From contig DATKGN010000013.1 in assembly GCA_035510735.1 (NCBI GenBank), positions 64,596 to 128,595 on the forward strand: 64,000 nucleotides of DNA. Direction: 5' to 3'. The stretch is from Patescibacteria group bacterium (GTDB lineage Bacteria > Patescibacteriota > Microgenomatia > UBA10105 > UBA927). The notes under the pieces were generated by a model that saw nothing but the letters and a program-made list of their open reading frames with translations, was not told the DNA's origin and ran no database searches. The position numbers and the translations under genes were made by a program. Position 1 is the first letter of the stretch, and each line of letters starts with the position of its first letter. Below, piece by piece: positions 38,227 through 46,814 of the stretch.

Positions 38227-38960
38227 AGTTTCTTCTCCTGTACAAGTTGAGCGACGTTATTGTTCGCTTTCAATAATTCGTCAAACGAAGTTCCTGCATC
38301 AATCCACCAATCAATAATCTGACAATGAAGACTGCCGTCCTTTAAATAACAATTATTGAGATCTGTTACTTCAAGTTCTCCGCGGAGAGACGGTTTTAGG
38401 CTTTCAATGAACGAAAACACCCGACTGTCGTACATATATATTCCTGTCTGGGCAATATCTGATTTAGGATGAGCGGGTTTCTCTTCTAATGAAAGAACTT
38501 TACCGGATTTATCAACTTCAATAACACCGTATTGTTTAGAATCAGTGTTAAGATGAATACCGAAAATCATCGCACCCTTCTTTAATTCAGTCATTTTTTT
38601 GACTGATGGACGGAGATCGAAGTTGAAAATATTATCCCCTAAAATAACCAATATCGGCTCATTTCCAGCGAATTCTTTCGCAAGAGCAATTGCCTGAGCG
38701 ATTCCGCCTTTTGGATTCTTTTGTATAGCGTAATAGAGCTTCAGATTAAATTCTTCACCGGCTCCGAGTAGATTTGCAAAGTGTCCCGCATGATCCGGCG
38801 CAGTTGATAACAAAACTTCTTCGACTCCAGCCCGATGCATCGCTTCAAGCGGATAATAGATCATCGGCTTATTATAAATGGGTAGTAAATGTTTATTGGT
38901 GACTCGAGTCAATGGCTGAAGTCTGGTGGCCATGCCGCCTGCTAATATGACACCTTTCAT
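38223..38960 (-). CDS. rmlA: Glucose-1-phosphate thymidylyltransferase.
   Basis: 'MKGVILAGGMATRLQPLTRVTNKHLLPIYNKPMIYYPL' is the signature. The start was set at the internal ATG 38958-38960; the track ORF carries an implausible 43-aa leader. Confidence 0.85.
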   Translation of the reverse strand: MKGVILAGGMATRLQPLTRVTNKHLLPIYNKPMIYYPLEAMHRAGVEEVLLSTAPDHAGHFANLLGAGEEFNLKLYYAIQKNPKGGIAQAIALAKEFAGNEPILVILGDNIFNFDLRPSVKKMTELKKGAMIFGIHLNTDSKQYGVIEVDKSGKVLSLEEKPAHPKSDIAQTGIYMYDSRVFSFIESLKPSLRGELEVTDLNNCYLKDGSLHCQIIDWWIDAGTSFDELLKANNNVAQLVQEKKL

Positions 38961-38974
38961 ATAGTTGTTAAGGC

Positions 38975-39226
38975 TTAATGCTTGAGTACTGTCGCCAGTA
39001 AAACAATTGCAATAGCTCCTATGAGCACATATTCTACCACAATCTTCTGATGTAAGTCGCGGTTCATTGCATGATGGATAAATCCCCAAAGAACGTAAGC
39101 CACCGAAGTTACAACACCGATGATAAACTGGGTGTCAGTGTTAGGCGCAGCATAATAAAACGCGCCTATACCGCCGGCTAATATTAATAATAGAACGATG
39201 TAATGAATAATGTGGGCGTTTTTCAT
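38975..39226 (-). CDS. Small 3-TM membrane protein (83 aa), hypothetical.
   Basis: Three clear hydrophobic helices are present. It is tightly packed between the CAP-domain gene and rmlA. Confidence 0.4.
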   Translation of the reverse strand: MKNAHIIHYIVLLLILAGGIGAFYYAAPNTDTQFIIGVVTSVAYVLWGFIHHAMNRDLHQKIVVEYVLIGAIAIVLLATVLKH

Positions 39227-40161
39227 AATAACGATCCCCTCGCCGTCATTCCAGCCAATATAACAATAGCACTCAAAAATAAGAAATGCGCAATATTATG
39301 GCCTGCAACCCGCACAATTTTTCTACGCGAAACTACCCAGGCATCAATGGCCAATACGCCAAGCAGCACTCCGGCAAATACGAACACAATATCACGGGTT
39401 AACGTTGGAATATTAATTGCCGGTGTTCGCGTAACACCCAAAAATTCACTTCCGAGACTTTGCTGTGCTGAAGCAAGAGCTGCCGGGGCTTGAGTGGGTA
39501 TGGCTTGTGCTACCTGCGGGGCTTGTTGTGTGGAAACGGCCTGATCAATAACCACAGGAGGTTTACTTGGAGTCGAAGCCTCAGCAAGTGAGTCTACCGA
39601 TGTACCGAACATCTGAACAACAAGCGTTGTATCCTCACCATTTATTTTCCCATTCACGACGGCAAAACCGATATCTTTGTAATTCGGTTTCACGATATTT
39701 GCCTTATGACTCGGAGACGCCATCCATGCATCAACGACAGCCTGGCTTGTGGAAAAATTCTTGGCCAAATTTTCTCCTGCCAAAACGTAACGGTACCCCG
39801 CTCCTGAAATAAAATCCCACGGTGTTTGCCCGGCTGGACTATTGTGTGCCCAGTAGTCTTTGGCGAACATATCCTGCGCTTTATTTGCTGCGGCAACCGA
39901 TAACTCGCTATTAAGCGTCAGGGGTGATAATCCGGCGGCGGCCCGTTGAGCGTTCGTGTCATCCAATAACTGTTGAACATGAATATCTGTGGCATATCCT
40001 AAAACGTCCGGTATCTGTCGGTGGACAAACCCGAGGCCGTAATTAAAGATCGCAAACGCGAGTACATATACGAGTAGGATATCAATATGAAGCGCCTTTG
40101 ACCGGTGATTATTGGTGTGATGCGGTATGAAAAAATGATACAGAGTCATCCCGAATGACAT
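39223..40161 (-). CDS. CAP/SCP/PR-1-like domain protein (YkwD-like) with an N-terminal TM helix and a C-terminal Ala/Pro/Gln/Ser-rich tail plus a second TM.
   Basis: 'GENLAKNF...AWMASPSHKANIV...YKDIGFAV' matches the CAP-domain consensus. Confidence 0.6.
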   Translation of the reverse strand: MSFGMTLYHFFIPHHTNNHRSKALHIDILLVYVLAFAIFNYGLGFVHRQIPDVLGYATDIHVQQLLDDTNAQRAAAGLSPLTLNSELSVAAANKAQDMFAKDYWAHNSPAGQTPWDFISGAGYRYVLAGENLAKNFSTSQAVVDAWMASPSHKANIVKPNYKDIGFAVVNGKINGEDTTLVVQMFGTSVDSLAEASTPSKPPVVIDQAVSTQQAPQVAQAIPTQAPAALASAQQSLGSEFLGVTRTPAINIPTLTRDIVFVFAGVLLGVLAIDAWVVSRRKIVRVAGHNIAHFLFLSAIVILAGMTARGSLL

Positions 40162-40282
40162 ATATATCCATAATACGCAGATTCGCGCGGATTTACCATA
40201 CCCTCGTTATGGATCCTCACGGCCTAATCACACACGCGAATGGCACCCATGTATATCGCTTTGCGAACCGTTACGATTAAGC

Positions 40283-40879
40283 TTATTCGGACGGTGTTTC
40301 GGTCGCCGTATCGGTGCCTAGAACAACCACAATATCGGTCTCTTTATTACCCGAAGCCTGGGTTATAGAAAGGGATCCTGACATCGTTCCCTTTGTCACA
40401 CCAGATGTCGTCGTACCGCTGGTACTGAACGTCGAAGTTTCTTTCCAGCCGCTCGTTGTGAGTGCGCTTTTATAGTACGCGTCAACTTTATCAAAGCTGT
40501 CCGCGGTCGTTAGCGTTACCCAAAATCCGTTCGACTTACCCTGTTGGGCCCCTGACAATGAACTGGTGACCTTCGCACCGGGATAAATCGGGAAGTCTTT
40601 CGGAAATGTATCAGGTATCTGCCCTGAGCTTATATCCATTTTTGCACCGGTTTTCTGATCGGTGAGCGTCATTTTTCCATTTTGGAGATCCTGCAGATTG
40701 GTTTTGACTCCGGTTCTGCTCTCAATTGCCGATTGCAATAAGCCTGTTCCTATCCGCTTTGCAAAAAACCGCATGATAATCGAACTTGCAATACCCAAAA
40801 CAACGAGAAGAACTAAACACCCGATTCCAACAAATACCAATGGGTTTGTCCCTTTCTTTTCCGGTTTAGTTTCTGCCAT
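40283..40879 (-). CDS. Membrane-anchored secreted protein with a Ser/Thr/Gly-rich C-terminal region, hypothetical.
   Basis: An N-terminal TM is followed by 'STFSTSGTTTSGVTKGTMSGSLSITQASG...GTDTATETPSE'. Confidence 0.45.
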   Translation of the reverse strand: MAETKPEKKGTNPLVFVGIGCLVLLVVLGIASSIIMRFFAKRIGTGLLQSAIESRTGVKTNLQDLQNGKMTLTDQKTGAKMDISSGQIPDTFPKDFPIYPGAKVTSSLSGAQQGKSNGFWVTLTTADSFDKVDAYYKSALTTSGWKETSTFSTSGTTTSGVTKGTMSGSLSITQASGNKETDIVVVLGTDTATETPSE

Positions 40880-40930
40880 ATAACTCCTTTACTCAATCTG
40901 TCTACAGAAATCATTCATGATTTCGTAAAA

Positions 40931-40989
40931 ACAATTGTAAACGGATCGTGTATGTAAAATAACAAATCAGTACTTGGACAATTGTAAAC
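40931..40989. repeat. Two copies of a 12-bp direct repeat, ACAATTGTAAAC, each containing the 8-bp palindrome ACAATTGT. They lie 47 bp apart in the intergenic region upstream of 40283..40879. This is a candidate operator pair.
   Basis: Exact copies were seen at 40931..40942 and 40978..40989. Confidence 0.4.
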
Positions 40990-40990
40990 A

Positions 40991-41299
40991 TTAATAGGTC
41001 GGCGTTGCAAGTCCCTTATCATCATTAACCGGAATCTGGAGTAAAAAGCCGAGCGCATTTGCGATAGAAACACCAACACGAAGCCCCGTAAATGAGCCAG
41101 GACCCGTAATTACGGTAATACCTGTTATATCTTTTAGGGATATATGTTTTTCCTTGAGGAGCTCTTCAATAAGCGGTAAAACAGTTTGCGACTTCATCAC
41201 CTTCGATTCACGTATTTTTTCAAAACGCTTTCCGTCAATCTCGATAGCTACCTTTGCTGTATTGATGGCCGATGTGTTAATAAAAAGTGTACCAGACAT
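40991..41299 (-). CDS. tsaB: Minimal TsaB (YeaZ)-like protein, the N-terminal ASKHA half only (102 aa).
   Basis: 'ITGITVITGPGSFTGLRVGVSIANALGF' is the TsaB/YeaZ hallmark. The C-terminal half is missing. Confidence 0.5.
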   Translation of the reverse strand: MSGTLFINTSAINTAKVAIEIDGKRFEKIRESKVMKSQTVLPLIEELLKEKHISLKDITGITVITGPGSFTGLRVGVSIANALGFLLQIPVNDDKGLATPTY

Positions 41300-41301
41300 A
41301 A

Positions 41302-42042
41302 TTAATCCTTCATTTTCCGCAACTTAAAACTAATAAACATCGGTGTATGATTTCTGACGACTTCAGTCATTTTCTCCTTCAACAGTGCCCTATTATTCGG
41401 CTCACGGGTCTCCTCCAAAAAAAGGTGATTCACGGCAAATGAATTCAGATATTGGGACAGTAACCAATGATAATGTGGGAATCCTTCATATTTGTCTATG
41501 ACAAGACCGGGGGTAAAGTAATCGGTAATAACACGGCCAACCTCCACCCCTTTCTTATCATGAAGCGGATATGCTTTATGCGCATTCTCAAAACACGGAT
41601 GCTGTGTACTTATAACAATTAATCCACCCGGTTTTGTCACCCGGGCAATTTCCGCTACTGCACGATCAAGATTCGCCAAATCCATAAGGACCATGTTACA
41701 CAACACGACATCGAAAAGGGCGTCAGAAAGTTGTAGCGCTTCCAGATTTTCAACTTTATATTCAATATTATGGAAATTTTGACTTCGCGTGATAGCTATC
41801 TCGACCAGTTTTTCAGTAAAATCAACCCCGACAACTTTTTTTGCAGTCTTTGCCATTTTACGTGAGATGTATCCGTTCCCGCAGCCGGCATCAAGAACAG
41901 TTTTACCATGTAAATCTCCAAGGAATTCGCCAACGATAGGATTTATCACCAATTCATGACGGATATCACCCTTTTCTCCGATTCCTTTATCCCAAATATC
42001 GGCAATTTGCTCCCAACGAAGCTTATTAACTGCTTTTTTCAT
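41302..42042 (-). CDS. Class I SAM-dependent methyltransferase (type 11).
   Basis: 'VLDAGCGNGYISRKMAKTAKKVVGVDF' is motif I. The gene sits between tsaC and tsaB with 4-nt overlaps. Confidence 0.65.
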   Translation of the reverse strand: MKKAVNKLRWEQIADIWDKGIGEKGDIRHELVINPIVGEFLGDLHGKTVLDAGCGNGYISRKMAKTAKKVVGVDFTEKLVEIAITRSQNFHNIEYKVENLEALQLSDALFDVVLCNMVLMDLANLDRAVAEIARVTKPGGLIVISTQHPCFENAHKAYPLHDKKGVEVGRVITDYFTPGLVIDKYEGFPHYHWLLSQYLNSFAVNHLFLEETREPNNRALLKEKMTEVVRNHTPMFISFKLRKMKD

Positions 42043-42614
42043 ACTACTGTGACCGCTCCTTGCCGGATAATGGTGTATGGTTCGACTGAACAGTCAACGA
42101 CAGTTGATGCCTGACCCACGCTGCAAACACCAGGTACGACATAATCAACAAGCTTCATAAGTTCAGGATTAAGATCGGTCAAGGAATAGGGGGTGGGATC
42201 TCCGTGAAAATTTGCAGACGGTCCTAAAATCGGAACCCCCACTGCTTTTATGATTTGTATTATTGTCTGATTATTCGGCATTCGAAGACCAATCGTTTTT
42301 CCGCCGCCGCGGATAGGGGAGTAGATCAAATCAGTTTTACACGGAGCCACGATTGTCAGCGCACCGGGCCAATAATCGTGCATTAAACGTCGCACAATAT
42401 TAAAAGGCTGAAGATAATAGGCGAGTGCCTTATCTATGGAATCAACTAAGACCGGAGTTGCCTTCGACAACGGCCGTTTACGTATTTCGAAAAGCCTGTC
42501 CACAGCCTGCTCACTATCAATCCGGCACCCTATGCCAAAGGCTGTATCGGTGGGAAAAATGATAATCCCTCCCTTATTGAAAGCCTCTACAGCCCCTTTG
42601 TCATAATCTTCCAT
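42039..42614 (-). CDS. tsaC: L-threonylcarbamoyladenylate synthase, YrdC-type (TsaC).
   Basis: 'GGIIIFPTDTAFGIGC' is the signature. The protein is 191 aa with a YrdC domain only. Confidence 0.7.
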   Translation of the reverse strand: MEDYDKGAVEAFNKGGIIIFPTDTAFGIGCRIDSEQAVDRLFEIRKRPLSKATPVLVDSIDKALAYYLQPFNIVRRLMHDYWPGALTIVAPCKTDLIYSPIRGGGKTIGLRMPNNQTIIQIIKAVGVPILGPSANFHGDPTPYSLTDLNPELMKLVDYVVPGVCSVGQASTVVDCSVEPYTIIRQGAVTVV

Positions 42615-42626
42615 ACATTATATATA

Positions 42627-43091
42627 CTATAGCGCCCCGTCAATTTGTATACGATGTGAGTCATCAGGAAGGGTGGAAAAACGTATATCCGTCCTATTCG
42701 CCGGTAACAGTCGCCCTAGTCGTTCAGCCCATTCAATGATAATGAATGCCTCGGGATCCGTTACCATCTCTGAAAATCCTAACGCATTGATATCATCGAC
42801 AGATGACAGACGATATAAATCAATATGGTACAGCAAAGAATTTCTCTTCGTAGTATAACGTCGCACAATAATGAAGGTAGGCGAGAGTAGGCGATCTTTT
42901 ATACCAAGTCCTTTTGCAAATCCTTGGGTAAACGTAGTCTTTCCGGCCCCAAGGTCACCATACAGACAAACAACTGCCGCTGACGTTTTTCCACCCGCTC
43001 CCCTCTTGAATGACAAAGCAAGCATCCGGCCGATTTCTGCAGTTTCAAAAGGCGTATATGTTGTAAATGTCTTATGAATCATAGAGTTCAC
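42627..43091 (-). CDS. tsaE: tRNA t6A biosynthesis ATPase TsaE (YjeE).
   Basis: The Walker A 'LYGDLGAGKTTFTQGF' and 'SPTFIIVRRY' are present. Confidence 0.7.
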   Translation of the reverse strand: MNSMIHKTFTTYTPFETAEIGRMLALSFKRGAGGKTSAAVVCLYGDLGAGKTTFTQGFAKGLGIKDRLLSPTFIIVRRYTTKRNSLLYHIDLYRLSSVDDINALGFSEMVTDPEAFIIIEWAERLGRLLPANRTDIRFSTLPDDSHRIQIDGAL

Positions 43092-43112
43092 GGCAGTGGC
43101 ACAATTATACCA

Positions 43113-43940
43113 TCAGACTGAGGTTTTGGACTGATCTTTTGTATGGATCCATCGCTCCCAGACAAATACTCCCGACAATATGCCCATCCCCAGGCCGACA
43201 CATATGAATGAAAATAAGAGAGGACGGAGGATGTTTCCTGATTTGGTTGCCGTCGATACCGACGTAGGAGTAGCACTTATTTCATCTCCTAGTACCGAAA
43301 ATTCCCCGCTCGCGGTCGAAAAGAACGAAATAGGAGTTACGGAAATAATATGAGACGGCGTAACGGTACGCATTACGATCGGCGTGGATGTCGGTGTGGG
43401 TGTTAGCGTTGATGTAGGCGACGGCGTCAACGTAGGAGTTGGCCTATTTGTTGGGGTCGGCGTATTCGTGGGCGTAGGATCAGGTTCATTTATAGTTACC
43501 GTAAGCGCGTTGGAGGACCAGTTCACGTTTGTCGCGCTCCCATAATAAAACCCAACTTTCAAACTATAATCGCCTTCTCCTTTATACCCGCTGTCAGTAA
43601 AATCGCTTTTCACCACGAGAGAGCCATCCCACTCGCCAATTTTAATTGACCGCTGACTCGTATTCCCGGCACTGTTTTTTACCCACTCATCACCGCTTTT
43701 TGTGTACCCAAAATAATTGCTTGAACCAGATTGATAAAATGCCCCCTTAATATAGATTGTTTCTCCTTCCGTAAATCCTGATGCAGAAGCCGTGATAGTA
43801 AACTCTTCATCACCCAATAGTGTTGTTTTATCACCCATTATCGACAATGTCCGTGAGGCATAAACAGGAGAAACAAGAAGTAAATATAGTAATACAAATC
43901 CTAATATCTGAAATCCGGGCAGACGGATCATTAACCTCAA
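43113..43940 (-). CDS. Secreted protein with a Pro/Thr-rich linker and a C-terminal TM anchor, hypothetical.
   Basis: A signal-peptide-like N-terminus is followed by 'EPDPTPTNTPTPTNRPTPTLTPSPTSTLTPTPTSTP' and a C-terminal hydrophobic helix. Confidence 0.5.
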   Translation of the reverse strand: MRLMIRLPGFQILGFVLLYLLLVSPVYASRTLSIMGDKTTLLGDEEFTITASASGFTEGETIYIKGAFYQSGSSNYFGYTKSGDEWVKNSAGNTSQRSIKIGEWDGSLVVKSDFTDSGYKGEGDYSLKVGFYYGSATNVNWSSNALTVTINEPDPTPTNTPTPTNRPTPTLTPSPTSTLTPTPTSTPIVMRTVTPSHIISVTPISFFSTASGEFSVLGDEISATPTSVSTATKSGNILRPLLFSFICVGLGMGILSGVFVWERWIHTKDQSKTSV

Positions 43941-43984
43941 ATTTTACAGAATGAAAAGAAGAAAATATGTAACGCTTCTAACAA

Positions 43985-45205
43985 TTAGATTGATATTCTA
44001 TCAATCTCATATATGCTATGTAATGGATAATGGTCTGCAAAAGAAATTTTGTGTCCATTCGGAACAAAAGGATCGTTCATTATATAGTTTCCACCCGAAC
44101 CACTTATGAGCACAACAAAATGCGTATCTCCATTTGAGTATTTTATTCCAACAACTACGGGACGACCAGAACCCAATTCACTATCAATTTCTGAAGAAAT
44201 TCTTGAACTCGTCGTTCCGTCGGCTACAATCGTTCTATTTAAAAATGCAGGATAATATGCGGCGAAATTTGATGCGTTAGCGTTTATTGTAAGCGGGGTT
44301 ACATTTTTATGTCCAAAATGGGTATAAATCATTGCCATAGAGGTCAAAAGGCAACCATCAGAAGCAATGCTGTACTGTGTATTATTTAACGCAACGTTAC
44401 CCCACTGGCTGTCCCGTTGATTATAATAACAACCCCAGTCATCACAGACCGTTTGATTGGTAAGAATTGTCGCGCCTCCCTGACTTGATGCGAAACCTGA
44501 AAAACCTGCTAACTGTGCTTTCGCCTGAGCGAGAAGCTGTTGATAGACAGATTCTTGGCCTTGAGTTTGAGCGAGGAGTGCATTCTCCTCTTGCTTTTGC
44601 TGAGCAAGTTCATCATTCTGCTGCTGAAGCTCTGTCTGTATTTCCAGAAGCTGACTTTTTTTCTCCTCACGCACTTGTTTACTTTCGTTATAACTATTTT
44701 GCGTTGCTTTCACCTGAAACACTAACGCGGCGTCCTCCTGCTGTACGGTCTGAATATACTTTGCCCGTTCGATAAAATCTGCCACATTTTTGCTGAATAA
44801 AAGTAATCCAAATTGGGGAGTTGAAGACCGTTTGTACGCTTCAGGAATCCTATGAAGAAGCAGCGCAAGCCGGGAAGTTAAAACACTCTCCAACCGCACA
44901 ACTTCAGTTTCTAATTGGCTAATTTCATTAAGCAATGTAGTTATTTTCGTTTTGGTCGCGTCAATACGGAGAGTAGTCAACTGAATCTGACTATTCATGT
45001 ATTTTATTTTAGAAGCCAGTGTATCACTTTGATTCCGACATGCATCGCTAATGCTCTGATAGCAACTGGATTTTTGGGGATCATTATTAGCAAAATGAGC
45101 ACATGGGTCTTGGTCAGTACTCGGGCATGTCTCTTGTGCAGCAATTCTAACCGGTAGCCAAAATGATAGAAAAACGAGGATAAAAACCCATTTGATATTC
45201 TTCAT
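43985..45205 (-). CDS. Secreted coiled-coil protein with a C-terminal papain-like (C39-like) cysteine peptidase domain. It is a PcsB/CwlO/EnvC-type candidate FtsEX-regulated cell-wall hydrolase.
   Basis: It starts with a signal peptide. A long Gln/Glu/Leu-rich heptad region follows (residues ~60-230). The C-terminal domain carries Cys in 'SDGCLLTSMAMIY' and His in 'NGDTHFVVLISG...NYIMNDP'. It lies immediately downstream of ftsX. Confidence 0.55.
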   Translation of the reverse strand: MKNIKWVFILVFLSFWLPVRIAAQETCPSTDQDPCAHFANNDPQKSSCYQSISDACRNQSDTLASKIKYMNSQIQLTTLRIDATKTKITTLLNEISQLETEVVRLESVLTSRLALLLHRIPEAYKRSSTPQFGLLLFSKNVADFIERAKYIQTVQQEDAALVFQVKATQNSYNESKQVREEKKSQLLEIQTELQQQNDELAQQKQEENALLAQTQGQESVYQQLLAQAKAQLAGFSGFASSQGGATILTNQTVCDDWGCYYNQRDSQWGNVALNNTQYSIASDGCLLTSMAMIYTHFGHKNVTPLTINANASNFAAYYPAFLNRTIVADGTTSSRISSEIDSELGSGRPVVVGIKYSNGDTHFVVLISGSGGNYIMNDPFVPNGHKISFADHYPLHSIYEIDRISI

Positions 45206-45212
45206 GCATGTG

Positions 45213-46106
45213 TCAAAATTTCAAATAGCGGCTTAAAGCCACAAAACTTCCAATCGATCCGAGAAGAAACCCAACCAGACCTAAAAATAACAAAAATCCT
45301 CCCGCTACTCCGGCGAATGCCCACGTGGTAAGCGATCCGAAGATCGTCGAGATAAGCGGTATCATACCTAAAAATCCCATAAGCATAGGACGGAGCCATA
45401 GCATGACTCCCATGATAATCATCCACGAGACGATTGCCCCGAGCGTTCCGTATAATCCGCCTTCAACAATAAACGGCGTCTGTATATACCATGGTGATGC
45501 ACCGACCAATTTTAGTATTTCGATCTCATCTTTTTTAAGCGCAATTTTCATTCCGATGATAGTCATAACGATAAGAATCGAATTGAGGGATAGCAACCCC
45601 ACAAGTATTCCTCCGACCCACCGGACCGCATGAGTCCAGCGGAGAAGTGAGTCAACGACATCTTTTTGAAATACCACTTCTTCAACACCCTGTGCTTTTC
45701 TTATAATCGGGTCGAGATCACGCAAATAATTCGGGTCTGTTGCTGAAACCTCAAGAGACGCGGGTAATATATCTGCCGTGACCATCTCAAGAAGGAGCGG
45801 ATCGTTTTTATTCTGCTGACGGTAAATTGCAAGTGCATCGTCTTTGGAAACATATTTGAGCGATGCAACCTTTCCCGTCGACTCCAGTGTTTTTTTAAGC
45901 GAATCCGCATCCGTCACCGTCGCTTTGTCTGCAAAGAAAACGGTTATCTGTGGTTTGCCCTCAAAATACTGGAGAACTAACGATGAAAAAATTGTAGCAA
46001 GGAAGAACAGTCCTGCGAGGAGCATCGTCAAAAACATGGTTACAACCGCCGCAAGGGTTTGATACGGCGATCGGCGCATATGGGTCCACACATTAAGAAT
46101 CCGCAT
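45213..46106 (-). CDS. ftsX: Cell division permease FtsX.
   Basis: It has four TM segments and a large first extracellular loop. It sits downstream of ftsE. The start was trimmed to the ATG 46104-46106 to avoid a 77-nt overlap with ftsE. Confidence 0.7.
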   Translation of the reverse strand: MRILNVWTHMRRSPYQTLAAVVTMFLTMLLAGLFFLATIFSSLVLQYFEGKPQITVFFADKATVTDADSLKKTLESTGKVASLKYVSKDDALAIYRQQNKNDPLLLEMVTADILPASLEVSATDPNYLRDLDPIIRKAQGVEEVVFQKDVVDSLLRWTHAVRWVGGILVGLLSLNSILIVMTIIGMKIALKKDEIEILKLVGASPWYIQTPFIVEGGLYGTLGAIVSWMIIMGVMLWLRPMLMGFLGMIPLISTIFGSLTTWAFAGVAGGFLLFLGLVGFLLGSIGSFVALSRYLKF

Positions 46107-46812
46107 GTTCTTTTTTTCCTTTCTCATGGATGGTAACGTGATATTTTCCTTTTTCTTCATCCCGGACAATCCGGCCTTTATTGAGCGTAATCGTCCGTCT
46201 CTTTAACTCATTGACGACATTCACGTTATGTGTCGCCATAATTATTGTCGTACCGATTTTTTGAATTTCTTTTAAGATATCAAGAATATCCCACGACGTC
46301 TGTGGGTCCAGATTGCCGGTCGGTTCATCGGCAAGAAGGATACTGGGTCCCCCGACAATTGCTCTTGCTATACCCGTCCGCTGCATTTCGCCGGCAGAAA
46401 GTTGCAACGGAAAACTATTCCGTTTATCCGCCAATCCGACAAGCTCAATAACATCAAGGACACGCGTTGATATATCTTTGGAATTTTTTCCGAGAATCTC
46501 TAATCCCAACGCCACATTTTCAAAAACAGTGCGATCGGTTAATAGTTTAAAATCCTGAAATACCGTCCCTACCTTCCGGCGTAATAAATAAATTTTACTT
46601 GAGGGAAGCGTGCTTATATTCCAATCATCAATATGGATAACGCCCTTCGTTGAAACGGTATCACGGATAAGCAAGCGCAGGAATGTGGTTTTGCCGGCTC
46701 CCGAGGGACCGATGAGGAAAACAAATTCGCCGTCTTTAATCTCAACGGTTATGTCGGACAGGGCGCTCGTATGCCCGGAAAATTGCTTTGAGACATTGTC
46801 AAATCGAATCAT
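46093..46812 (-). CDS. ftsE: Cell division ABC ATPase FtsE.
   Basis: 'MIRFDNVSKQF...GPSGAGKTT...LSAGEMQRTGIARA...LLADEPTGNLD' carries the ABC signatures. The start was set at the ATG 46810-46812; the track begins at GTG 46851. Confidence 0.8.
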   Translation of the reverse strand: MIRFDNVSKQFSGHTSALSDITVEIKDGEFVFLIGPSGAGKTTFLRLLIRDTVSTKGVIHIDDWNISTLPSSKIYLLRRKVGTVFQDFKLLTDRTVFENVALGLEILGKNSKDISTRVLDVIELVGLADKRNSFPLQLSAGEMQRTGIARAIVGGPSILLADEPTGNLDPQTSWDILDILKEIQKIGTTIIMATHNVNVVNELKRRTITLNKGRIVRDEEKGKYHVTIHEKGKKEHADS

Positions 46813-46814
46813 TC

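Noticed and set aside
1-38960. Interpreting the island as a classical Gram-negative O-antigen/LPS locus.
   Set aside because: No Wzy, Wzz, WaaL, WecA/WbaP-type initiating transferase or lipid A/core genes are recognisable. Instead the locus is dominated by GT-C families (YfhO, PMT/GT39) that act in teichoic-acid or protein glycosylation. Rhamnose GT2s and Wzx could serve either type of pathway.
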